DNA of 64,000 nt from Candidatus Woesearchaeota archaeon. GTDB taxonomy: Archaea; Nanobdellota; Nanobdellia; Woesearchaeales; UBA9642. Below are positions 9,528 to 17,857 of this stretch, piece by piece. Position 1 is the first letter of the stretch. Every line of letters begins with the position of its first letter. Position numbers and translations under genes: made by a program. The DNA lies in assembly GCA_041658255.1 (NCBI GenBank), contig JBBAAQ010000001.1, forward strand, positions 9,874 through 73,873, written 5' to 3'. The notes beneath the pieces were generated by a model. The model was not told the origin of the DNA and made no database searches. It saw only the letters and a program-made list of their open reading frames with translations.

Positions 9528-10565
9528 TCATCTGCTCTTGTTTTTAGATTTACATATACATTGATATGCTTGTTCTATAAGAGAAATTGCATAATCAATA
9601 TCTTTCTGTGATCTAATTGTAAACACCTTATCAAATGTCCATGAAGGGGTTCTCTTGATATCTTCTGTTATCTTTTTTTTGTCAGTAAATGTGTTATTAT
9701 CAACTTTTAAATAAATTTCAAGCTTTCCTTTTGGAAATTTAATAGCGCAGAAATTTTTAAGTTTTGATATTTGATATGTTGTATACCCTGATTTTGGATG
9801 TTTTTCTTTAATATTATCTGCTATGCAACATACCTTTTTCCCAAGTTCCCTTAAAACTTCTTTTAAATTATCGTCTAACTTTTCAAGACGTTCCTCAACG
9901 GGAACAGTTGTCCATTTAAAAGTCCATTTTCTAGATTCTTTTTCTAGTTCTTCTTTGGTAAATGATTTGAATAAATGAATATGGTCGGGTGAAAGTTTGT
10001 TGTCTTTTACATACGTTTGAAAAGGGAGGGCTATTACTTCACCATGTGTTGCTAGAAAATTCACAATTTCAAGGAGAGGATTCACCTCTTTCATAGGATC
10101 ACCCACTTCATCAATAAGAATTATAATACCATAGTTGGTAACAATGGATTTAAGTTCTTCTTTTGATAATTTATAGGATGATTTAAGTTCTTCCTCAAAT
10201 ATTTCAACAAGTTTCTCCCGGGATTTTTCATTTTGCAATGCCATAATAAAACTAGTAATTTGTGGTAAAATATGTCTGCGCAAATCATGCTTTATTAATT
10301 CAACTTCCACTATGTAAAGTTTCTTTTTGTCAAAATCAATGACATAACCATCGGGAGTTGTTCCAAGTCCAGATTTGCTTTCAATTTTTCTCTTGTTAAA
10401 ATATCTTGTGTTCTTGCCAAAAATTTCAGAAGAATGCTCAATTATCATTTTTTCTAACTCTATCTCACTCTCATAATTATAGAGATGATATCTTCCGTCT
10501 TTAGTAACAATTACTGCTTCTTCTTTTCTCATTATTTTTTCCCTTTCTAATCTTGATTTATGCAT
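9528..10565 (-). CDS. PD-(D/E)XK nuclease-like protein with a DUF5655-like C-terminal domain (tentative)
   Basis: GYVIDFDKKKLYIVEVELIKHD fits a D...E-x-K restriction-endonuclease-fold motif. The C-terminal half resembles DUF5655. Alternative start at ATG 10532. Confidence 0.4.
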   Translation of the reverse strand: MHKSRLEREKIMRKEEAVIVTKDGRYHLYNYESEIELEKMIIEHSSEIFGKNTRYFNKRKIESKSGLGTTPDGYVIDFDKKKLYIVEVELIKHDLRRHILPQITSFIMALQNEKSREKLVEIFEEELKSSYKLSKEELKSIVTNYGIIILIDEVGDPMKEVNPLLEIVNFLATHGEVIALPFQTYVKDNKLSPDHIHLFKSFTKEELEKESRKWTFKWTTVPVEERLEKLDDNLKEVLRELGKKVCCIADNIKEKHPKSGYTTYQISKLKNFCAIKFPKGKLEIYLKVDNNTFTDKKKITEDIKRTPSWTFDKVFTIRSQKDIDYAISLIEQAYQCICKSKNKSR

Positions 10566-10764
10566 TAATTACATGAATAAGATAACCAATGAGTATAAAT
10601 ACAATACCAAGCATCCCTAATACCTGCTCGCGTTTCATTTCTTTAAGTACATCTTTATCGATTTTATGTTCTTTTATGATATGTCTATGAACAAACAATA
10701 CGGTAATCCCTATTAAGACTTTTCCGATGATATCAAACGTGGCACCAATAATAAACCAATTCAT
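10558..10764 (-). CDS. Small two-helix membrane protein
   Basis: 68 aa. GGAGGGG SD upstream. Located between copA and the nuclease-like gene. Confidence 0.45.
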   Translation of the reverse strand: MNWFIIGATFDIIGKVLIGITVLFVHRHIIKEHKIDKDVLKEMKREQVLGMLGIVFILIGYLIHVINA

Positions 10765-10826
10765 TTTTATCTACCCCTCCACAACGCACAACGACACATC
10801 ACACATATTCCCTCTATTTTTTCATG

Positions 10827-13466
10827 TTATAATTTAATTCTCTTAAGTCTCAACGCGTTTAAAAGAACACTTATTGAACTCGCAGCCATTGCCCCTGCAG
10901 CAATTATCGGACTTAAGAGAAATCCGAAAAAAGGATATAACAGCCCTGCAGCAATAGGTATTCCTGCAGTATTATAAGCGAATGATAAAAATAGATTTTG
11001 CTTAATATTTTTCATTGTTCCTCTACTTAGTTTGATAGATTTGACTGCATCAAGTAAATCGCTTCTCATAAGTACGATATCTGCGCTTTCTATTGCGACA
11101 TCGGTCCCGGCGCCTATTGCGATACCAATATCTGCTTTTGTCAACGCGGGTGCATCATTGATACCGTCGCCGACCATTGCAACAATCTTCCCTTTTTCTT
11201 GAAGAGCTGCTACGTGTTTTGACTTGTCTTCAGGAAGAACCTGTGCAAACACATTTTCTTGTTCAATTCCTACTTGGGAGGCTATGGCTTTTGCAGTCCG
11301 CTCATTGTCGCCGGTTATCATATACACTTGTATTTTTGCATCCTTAAACAGGGCTATTGCTTCCTTTGATGTTTCTTTTATTGTATCTGCAACGCAAATA
11401 ATCCCCAAAATCTCTTTTTTATTTGCTAACATCATGACAGTGTTTCCCTTTTCTTCGAGTTCATGAATCGTATCCAGGTGTTTATCGAAAGAGATAGTAT
11501 TGTTTTCCATGAGTTTTCTGTTTCCTACATAAAATTCTTTTCCTTCAACTTTTGCGTAAAGTCCATGTCCGGGTATCTCTTTGAAATCAGTAATTTTTTC
11601 AAATTCAATATTTTTTTCAGCGCCACCTTTAACAATAGCTTCAGCAAGCGGATGTTTAGAGTTTTTTTCAATTGATGAAGCAATTTGCAATATCTTATTT
11701 TCGTCAATGTCTGAAAAACTTATCACTTGTGTAAGTGCAGGTTTGCCTTTTGTTATAGTCCCTGTTTTATCCAAAATTATCGCATTAATTTTTTGTGCCC
11801 GTTCTAACGCTTCTGCACTTTTAATCAAAATACCGTGTTCTGCTCCAAGTCCTGTTCCGACCATGATTGAAGTGGGTGTTGCAAGACCGAGCGCACAGGG
11901 GCAGGCGATGATTAAAACAGTTATTAGGATAGTTAATGCGAAGAGAAATCCTGCGCCTAAAAAGTACCATATTGCAAAACTAATCAGTGCTATAGCAATT
12001 ACTGCCCAAACAAAATATCCTGAAATAATGTCTGCAAGTCTTGCAATAGGGGCTTTGGATGATTGTGCATCCTGGATTAATTTAATAATTTGCGCTAATG
12101 CAGTGTCTTTTCCAACTTTTGTTGCTTTAAATTGTATTGCGCCTGATTTATTGATTGTTGCACCGATAACCTTATCTCCCCTATCCTTATCTATAGGAAT
12201 ACTTTCACCGGTAATCATGCTTTCATCAATGCTGGTTGTTCCTTCAATAATTTCTCCATCAACAGGAATTTTTTCTCCCGGTCTTACAATAATGATTTCT
12301 CCAACTTCCAGTTCTTCAATAGGAACTTCTATTTCTTTACCTGCCCGTATCACTGTTGCAGTCTTTGCGGCAAGTCCCATAAGTTTTTTTATTGCTTCAG
12401 AAGTTTTTCCTTTAGTTACTGCCTCTAAATATTTACCAAGCAATATCAGTGCAATAATGACTCCTGCAGTTTCAAAATACAGATTTCTAATAAATTCAAC
12501 ATTCCCAATTATGATTTGATAAACCGCATATAAACCGTATATATAGGCAGCACTAGTTCCCAAAGCGATAAGTGAATCCATATTCGGGGTTCTTTTTATC
12601 ATGTTTCTAAAACCAACACTGAACAATCGATAACCAGCGATGACTACCGGTATTGATAGAATGAGTTGTGTCAATGCATATGCGATCGGATGTATTTCCG
12701 GACTTAAGAATGGGGGGGCCAAATTTTTGCTGATAAATTCAGCCATTGCTAAATAGAGTATGGGAAAAGAGAAAATTGCTGCAATAAGAAACTTTTTTTT
12801 GAGTGTTTGAAGTTCTTTTGCTTTTGCTTTGTTTTCTTTCTCGAATATGTCTTCCCCTTCTTGAACAATAATGGCTTCATATCCTGCAGCATCAATAGCC
12901 TTTTTTAATGTGGAAAGTCTGACCAGTGAGGGATTATATTGGAATTTTGCATAAGAATTCGCAAAATTAGTTTCAACTGCTTTTACTCCTTTAATAGCAT
13001 TGAGCGTGTCTTTGACAATGCCTGCACAATGATCTGAACCCATGCCTAATACTTTAAATTCAGCGTCTTTATACGCTTCATCTATCGGCGTATAACCTTT
13101 ATCTCTTATGGTTTGTGCAATAGCATTTTGATTAGTTTGGGTATCATCAAATTCCACTTCGCAACTCTCTGTTGCAAAATTTACGCTAGCGTTTGATACT
13201 CCTTCTACTCTTTTTAATGCCTTCTCAATAGTTATTGCGCAGGAAGCGCAACTCATCCCATTTATTTTTAGAGCTAATTTTGACGTTTGTGGTTTTGGAT
13301 GATGATTTATGTGATGTTCGGTTTTTTCATCTTTTGTGGCTTTTTTTTCATTGAATTTTTTAAAACATTTTTTACTACAAAAATAATATGCCGTTTTGTT
13401 TCTTTTTAGCATAAATTTCGCTTCTTTAGGATTAATATCCATTCCGCATATGGGATCTTTAACCAT
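10827..13466 (-). CDS. copA: Copper-translocating P1B-type ATPase
   Basis: N-terminal YHS/TRASH (DPICGMDI...YYFCSKKC). Two HMA domains ([17 protein letters not shown]). CPC ([12 protein letters not shown]), [25 protein letters not shown]. Confidence 0.97.
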   Translation of the reverse strand: MVKDPICGMDINPKEAKFMLKRNKTAYYFCSKKCFKKFNEKKATKDEKTEHHINHHPKPQTSKLALKINGMSCASCAITIEKALKRVEGVSNASVNFATESCEVEFDDTQTNQNAIAQTIRDKGYTPIDEAYKDAEFKVLGMGSDHCAGIVKDTLNAIKGVKAVETNFANSYAKFQYNPSLVRLSTLKKAIDAAGYEAIIVQEGEDIFEKENKAKAKELQTLKKKFLIAAIFSFPILYLAMAEFISKNLAPPFLSPEIHPIAYALTQLILSIPVVIAGYRLFSVGFRNMIKRTPNMDSLIALGTSAAYIYGLYAVYQIIIGNVEFIRNLYFETAGVIIALILLGKYLEAVTKGKTSEAIKKLMGLAAKTATVIRAGKEIEVPIEELEVGEIIIVRPGEKIPVDGEIIEGTTSIDESMITGESIPIDKDRGDKVIGATINKSGAIQFKATKVGKDTALAQIIKLIQDAQSSKAPIARLADIISGYFVWAVIAIALISFAIWYFLGAGFLFALTILITVLIIACPCALGLATPTSIMVGTGLGAEHGILIKSAEALERAQKINAIILDKTGTITKGKPALTQVISFSDIDENKILQIASSIEKNSKHPLAEAIVKGGAEKNIEFEKITDFKEIPGHGLYAKVEGKEFYVGNRKLMENNTISFDKHLDTIHELEEKGNTVMMLANKKEILGIICVADTIKETSKEAIALFKDAKIQVYMITGDNERTAKAIASQVGIEQENVFAQVLPEDKSKHVAALQEKGKIVAMVGDGINDAPALTKADIGIAIGAGTDVAIESADIVLMRSDLLDAVKSIKLSRGTMKNIKQNLFLSFAYNTAGIPIAAGLLYPFFGFLLSPIIAAGAMAASSISVLLNALRLKRIKL

Positions 13467-13629
13467 TGTAAACCTCCTTTAACGAATGTGTAGTAATATA
13501 TATGTTACAGCTATTATTTTTTTTACACCATTCTTCGCATTTTTTAGCCCAAGCTTCATCGGTGTATAGTAATAAGCATTCTTCGCAATAAAATAATTCT
13601 CGCCCTCTTTCCACTATTTTTTTGACCAT
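13459..13629 (-). CDS. Unannotated 56-aa Cys-rich (TRASH-like) ORF translationally coupled to copA
   Basis: Hand translation: [56 protein letters not shown]. Cys pattern is CxxC-x13-C-x3-C-x6-C. It starts 5 nt after the arsR stop. Its last codons contain the copA SD, and its stop overlaps the copA start (ATGGTTAA). Confidence 0.45.
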   Translation of the reverse strand: MVKKIVERGRELFYCEECLLLYTDEAWAKKCEEWCKKNNSCNIYITTHSLKEVYNG

Positions 13630-13633
13630 TTGT

Positions 13634-13975
13634 TTAACACTTCCCCATTACAATTTTTGAGCAATAATTCTTCATGTGGATGTTCATAAGTTTCAGGAGT
13701 GGAACAATCGCCACTTTATTGAGTGAGTAAATTCTGTTTTTCCCCCTCTGGTTTACACTTACAAACCCACAGCTCTCAAGCCTTTTTAAGCTGTGCGATA
13801 TTGTTGATTGATCATAATTTAATTTATGGACTATCGCATTAACACTCATCTCTTTTTTATCTAGTACTGTAATGATATCAATTCTTACCTGATTTGCAAG
13901 TGTTCCAAAAAATTGTTTGTAGGGTTGTCTTAGTGCTATTTTCACAACGTCACCTAAATATGCTATTAATAGCAT
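13634..13975 (-). CDS. ArsR/SmtB-family metalloregulator
   Basis: FFGTLANQVRIDIITVLDKKEMSVNAIVHKLNYDQSTISHSLKRLESCGFVSVNQRGKNRIYSLN is a typical ArsR wHTH. First gene of the copA unit. Confidence 0.85.
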   Translation of the reverse strand: MLLIAYLGDVVKIALRQPYKQFFGTLANQVRIDIITVLDKKEMSVNAIVHKLNYDQSTISHSLKRLESCGFVSVNQRGKNRIYSLNKVAIVPLLKLMNIHMKNYCSKIVMGKC

Positions 13976-13977
13976 AT
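13958..13977. promoter_or_regulatory. Perfect 20-bp palindrome overlapping the arsR start codon, a candidate autoregulatory operator; TATA-like tatatttaaa at 13991-14000
   Basis: atatgctattaatagcatat equals its own reverse complement. The ATG of arsR (13975-13973) lies inside it. The TATA sits about 25 nt upstream, which implies a leaderless or near-leaderless mRNA. Confidence 0.55.
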
Positions 13978-14024
13978 GATGCTACAAACATATATTTAAA
14001 TGTTTCTTTTATAAAAAAACGGCG

Positions 14025-14311
14025 CTAAAACTCATAATTTTGGTTTTGAGATACCGCGCAGTTTTTAGTACGCTAGAAAAATACGCTGTATTTTTCGCGT
14101 ACAGAAAATCCTGATAGGATTTTCACGTATCCTAAAACAAAAAAAATCAAAGATTTTTTAGTCCCCCAAAACAGCTGTTTTTGTGGAATCCGCGATTCAG
14201 AAAGCGTCGGGCCAAACTTTGCACGTGAGGAAACCACTGTTTCCGGCGCCCCAGAAATGTGCGTATTTCTTTGGCTTTAGTGTGGAGTAGGACGCTTTCA
14301 GCGTTTTTTTT
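14025..14311. other. Array of at least 8 consecutive hairpins in a 462-bp spacer, ending in a hairpin plus T8
   Basis: Stems: 14068-14073/14097-14102 enclosing 14076-14084/14088-14096; 14104-14112/14116-14124; 14141-14148/14152-14159; 14168-14172/14177-14181; 14229-14234/14239-14244; 14253-14258/14265-14270; 14292-14296/14300-14304 followed by T8. Long-range pairing 14200-14208/14291-14299. Confidence 0.5.
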
Positions 14312-14437
14312 ATGATTTCACTCATCATTTTTGAATACTGCTTGTTTATGTTTAGGGATGCATGACGAGGAACATAATGATTGTTATGAGTATCAGTATG
14401 CCGATGATGACGAATTTTTCGTATTTTTTGTAAAAAC

Positions 14438-14656
14438 TCAATGACATTTACCTCCTTTATCGCCTTGTTTGCCTGACTTATGCATTTTCATCAAAAAGAT
14501 GTGTGACAATGGACACAGCAGGATTGCCGCCCAGGTGATATATGTATTTCTGATACCAAAACCATAGATGAGTACGAGCAATACAATTAATGGCAGTCCA
14601 CAACAGATAACCATCAGCAGTAAGTGGTTTTGCTTTAATTTTTCAAACCATCCCAT
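14438..14656 (-). CDS. DUF2933 small membrane protein
   Basis: GAGGTGA SD before ATG 14656. Sequence MGWFEKLKQNHLLLMVICCGLPLIVL...LLCPLSHIFLMKMHK...GGKCH. This family is usually found next to copper genes. Confidence 0.6.
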   Translation of the reverse strand: MGWFEKLKQNHLLLMVICCGLPLIVLLVLIYGFGIRNTYITWAAILLCPLSHIFLMKMHKSGKQGDKGGKCH

Positions 14657-14657
14657 A

Positions 14658-14888
14658 TTATTCACCTCTAAAAACTATTTTTTTCAGTTCTTCTTTGTTT
14701 GGTGTTCCGATGAACTCGACTTTTTCATTGACAATTATTGTTGGTACTGACATCGTCGGGTACTTTTGAAGAATGCCAGGATTCTTTGAAATGTCTATGG
14801 TCTCGTATTTGACTTTCATTTCTTCTAAATATTTTTTAACGACAACACAGCCGCTACAATTTGGTGTTACTAAAATAATGACGCTCAT
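14658..14888 (-). CDS. Glutaredoxin/thioredoxin-like small redox protein (CSGC)
   Basis: MSVIILVTPNCSGCVVVKKYL...VPTIIVNEKVEFIG. ATGA overlap with the CcdA-like stop. GGAGA SD. Confidence 0.8.
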   Translation of the reverse strand: MSVIILVTPNCSGCVVVKKYLEEMKVKYETIDISKNPGILQKYPTMSVPTIIVNEKVEFIGTPNKEELKKIVFRGE

Positions 14889-15751
14889 TTTTCTTTTCTC
14901 CAATATTTTTTTATTATTAGCCTTATCACAAGAAATAATATGATAACACCGCCAACTAAGAACGCGATTTGACCAAACGACGTACTTAAAAACTGGTTTA
15001 TTATTTCTGTTAATTTTGATAATAAAATATTGATTTTTAACTGGCTTTCTGAAGGATTCATGGTAATGCGGTCAGTTAATGTATAATACAATAGGATTCC
15101 ACCCATAATAATGAATACTGCTCCTGAAAAGAGATTTGATAGGGTGAGTGATATCTTTTTCTTAAATACCGAATACGTAATCTCTTTTTTGAAGATATTC
15201 ACCTTATCCATAATTCCTTTTTTATCCAGGAAATAGGAGATAATAAACAAGGGAAGGACCATCCCCAGTACATAAATTACAGAATATAGACCGCCCCACA
15301 ACATTGATCCAGGCAGTGCGGAAAGAGCCATTGCCCCTGCTAAAACCGGTGCACAGCATAATGTTGCAAATCCTGAAAATATGCCCAGAATAAAAACTGA
15401 GAAAACACCGGTGACCTTGACTTGTGATTTTGTTCTAAATGGTAATGAAAAATGAAGTCCTGATAATATGAACAAACCTAAAAATAAGAAAAATATACTT
15501 GCAACGAGATATATCGTACCATGATATGCTTTGAAAAGCTGGCCAAGAAAACCCATTCCGAGGCCCAAAGGCAAAAATACTGTCAGTAAACCAAAGAAAA
15601 ATACCAGGGTCATTAATAATACTGTTCTTTTCTGCCTGAATATTGATCCGAAAAATGCAGGTAGCAGAACACCTATGCAACAGGGAGCAAAGAGTGCAGC
15701 AATTCCTGCGAGGAACGCGGTTATTAATGCCGCAAGTATTAGTATTTCCAT
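14885..15751 (-). CDS. CcdA/DsbD_2-family membrane thiol-disulfide electron transporter
   Basis: Polytopic. Paired Cys motifs FAPCCIGVLLPAF and TLCCAPVLAGA sit in helices 1 and 4, as in DsbD-core proteins. Confidence 0.8.
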   Translation of the reverse strand: MEILILAALITAFLAGIAALFAPCCIGVLLPAFFGSIFRQKRTVLLMTLVFFFGLLTVFLPLGLGMGFLGQLFKAYHGTIYLVASIFFLFLGLFILSGLHFSLPFRTKSQVKVTGVFSVFILGIFSGFATLCCAPVLAGAMALSALPGSMLWGGLYSVIYVLGMVLPLFIISYFLDKKGIMDKVNIFKKEITYSVFKKKISLTLSNLFSGAVFIIMGGILLYYTLTDRITMNPSESQLKINILLSKLTEIINQFLSTSFGQIAFLVGGVIILFLVIRLIIKKYWRKEK

Positions 15752-15858
15752 TTTATGCCTTTTTTATTGTATATAAAGTATAGAATACTTTTATACAACT
15801 TAAAAATTTTTGATTTGCGATAGCAAATTTTTCTTGTCATGCGAGTATATTTTTATGT

Positions 15859-16605
15859 TCAGAGTTTTGAAACTAAAAACTCATTATTTAAAGCCATGTT
15901 TGGATCGTCTAAGACATAGGTTATTACGCCTTGTTTGATGATAACATAGGTGTGGCCCGGAAATGAACCTTTATGCATGGATGAAGGTACATTCAGGACA
16001 TCATACGCGCCCGATACTGCTTTATTGGTGTCAAATAAGATAGTCCCCACTCCATACTTTGGTTGTGAACTAATGATTTTATCCCATTTATCCTTTGCAT
16101 CAATAACTATGGATGCAGTGATAACATTTCCGGTGTTGAACCGCTTGTCGTTTCCTAGAGATGCCATCTGATTCCAACACGCAGGATAACACATAGATCC
16201 CTCATTAAAAAACAAGACGATTGTTTTATCCTGATAATCACTCAATTTAAATGGAGAACCATCTCGTTTTGTCAAAGTAAAGTCTGGCGCTTTTTGTCCA
16301 ACTGCACTGGCGAAACTTAATTTAGTCATACCGGTATTTGTGTTATCAGTACTAACCGGGGTACTGCCCCCATGATGACTTGACATATCATCATTATTGC
16401 TGCTACTGCTGCCTCCGTGGTGGCCTGACATGTCATTGTTACTTTGTTGAGTGGGATGCATGCGCGCCATCATTTGATCATAACTTTCCCCTGTTTGCTG
16501 GTTTGTGTTTGCCGGAGTATCTTCTTTCTTGTTCAAAAACAGCATGCTTAAGCCTCCGACAACTAATATTCCTAACACAATAACGACTATTATTTTTTTA
16601 TTCAT
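15859..16605 (-). CDS. Membrane-anchored redoxin (AhpC/TSA/ResA-like, CYPAC) with a His/Met-rich linker
   Basis: N-terminal TM. APDFTLTKRDGSPFKLSDYQDKTIVLFFNEGSMCYPAC. The linker holds MMARMHPTQQS and DMSGHHGGSSSSNNDDMSSHHGGS. Confidence 0.75.
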   Translation of the reverse strand: MNKKIIVVIVLGILVVGGLSMLFLNKKEDTPANTNQQTGESYDQMMARMHPTQQSNNDMSGHHGGSSSSNNDDMSSHHGGSTPVSTDNTNTGMTKLSFASAVGQKAPDFTLTKRDGSPFKLSDYQDKTIVLFFNEGSMCYPACWNQMASLGNDKRFNTGNVITASIVIDAKDKWDKIISSQPKYGVGTILFDTNKAVSGAYDVLNVPSSMHKGSFPGHTYVIIKQGVITYVLDDPNMALNNEFLVSKL

Positions 16606-16633
16606 TGTTATTACCTCTATTCTTCATATCCTA

Positions 16634-16801
16634 TTAATGACAACAGGAATGTTTGCTCTTAGACGATTTCTTAATTTCCTTCTCATAGGTATCAAGACAA
16701 TTTTGACTGCAAAACCATTTTTCATGTTTACTGATGCCTTTATCTTTTTCCTCTTTCATGCCACATACAGGATCTTTTTTCTTAAATAAATTAAATACCA
16801 T
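16634..16801 (-). CDS. YHS-domain small metal-binding protein ending in HSCCH
   Basis: GGAGGAG SD before ATG 16801. Sequence MVFNLFKKKDPVCGMKEE...KWFCSQNCLDTYEKE. Confidence 0.7.
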   Translation of the reverse strand: MVFNLFKKKDPVCGMKEEKDKGISKHEKWFCSQNCLDTYEKEIKKSSKSKHSCCH

Positions 16802-16856
16802 TTTTATCTCCTCCAAATACAATGCATTGTTTTATGAACCATTATTTTTTATCGCG

Positions 16857-17246
16857 TCAATTAAACCCTTGTGCGACCCACGCGTTTCTTCCGCCAACAA
16901 GATTGTACACATTAGTGTATCCTTGTTTTGCGAGTTCTTCTGCTGCAAGAACACTCATATATCCTGATCTGCAATAGAGCACTATTTTAGCAGATTTATC
17001 TTTTGGTAATTCATTCATCCGCTGCACAATTGCAGTATAGGGTATACTAAGGTCAGTACCCACAATATGTTCTTGTGTAGGAATATGTACGTCTATGAGT
17101 ACGAAATCCTTATTGTTCATCATCCCATTTAATTCTTCAACACTAAGATTTTTATAAGATGTTTTTGAATTAGTATTACTTATTGATGTACATCCTACAA
17201 CGAATAGTGCTCCGAGCAATATCGTGCTGATAATTATTTTTTTCAT
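16857..17246 (-). CDS. Rhodanese-domain lipoprotein
   Basis: MKKIIISTILLGALFVVGC lipobox-type signal. Active-site loop LYCRSGYMS. An alternative upstream ATG lies at 17288. Confidence 0.85.
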   Translation of the reverse strand: MKKIIISTILLGALFVVGCTSISNTNSKTSYKNLSVEELNGMMNNKDFVLIDVHIPTQEHIVGTDLSIPYTAIVQRMNELPKDKSAKIVLYCRSGYMSVLAAEELAKQGYTNVYNLVGGRNAWVAQGFN

Positions 17247-17321
17247 AAATTTGTTCTCTGTCAAATAGATACTATTTACACTATGCATGAATAATTTGTT
17301 AGTTTAGCGTACAGTATGTTC

Positions 17322-17825
17322 TTACCATTCTTTGCAGCAATCAACAATACTTTTGATCATTTGGGAAAATTTATTGGGTTGCTCCCTACTTTTTTTCTCA
17401 TGAGCCAATTCGGGGAGCTCTTTCTTATCAATCATTTTAAGATTTATCGCAAAAAATAGCGACCACAAATCAAATGCTGCAGTAAAACATTCATGCGCTT
17501 CAGCAAGATTCTTTTTTGCTTGCTCTTTTGTTCCGACCTCGATTAATCGCATACTCGCTGCAAGAAGGTGTTTACTAATACACCATTCCTCCCCGACGGC
17601 ATCAGTAACAATCTTTTTCATGAATCGTTGTCGCATCTCCCGCACTTGTTGCAGCATATCAAGATATGCGCCATTGTCTGTTTTCATTGCAGTGAAATAA
17701 AAGTGTTCTTCTAAACTCACAAGATTCATTAATGCAATACTTAAATCCTCGTCTTTAGAGAGATCCATCGAACCCTGTTTTGCTTTTTCTATCTTCTTTA
17801 GCCATTCTTGAACATTTTTTTCCAT
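17322..17825 (-). CDS. Cytoplasmic helical protein, function unknown, ends DCCKEW
   Basis: 167 aa with ATG start and no TM. Embedded in the thiol/copper operon. Confidence 0.5.
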   Translation of the reverse strand: MEKNVQEWLKKIEKAKQGSMDLSKDEDLSIALMNLVSLEEHFYFTAMKTDNGAYLDMLQQVREMRQRFMKKIVTDAVGEEWCISKHLLAASMRLIEVGTKEQAKKNLAEAHECFTAAFDLWSLFFAINLKMIDKKELPELAHEKKSREQPNKFSQMIKSIVDCCKEW

Positions 17826-17857
17826 ATGACACTTCTATTTATTTCGTTTTATGTTCT

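Noticed and set aside
11581-12519. Long antisense ORFs inside strongly supported genes. Examples: 312 aa opposite copA, 48188..48706 opposite cdc48, 56630..57172 opposite gatE, and 26538..26954 and 26651..26965 around gap.
   Set aside because: The opposite strand carries unambiguous domain signatures. These ORFs are low-complexity (S/I/A/P-rich) shadow frames with no SD.
14025-14311. CRISPR-like or tRNA-like interpretation of the hairpin array and its GC-rich part (ggcgcccca).
   Set aside because: The stems differ in sequence and spacing, so there are no repeat/spacer units. No cloverleaf, T-loop or D-loop consensus could be drawn on either strand.
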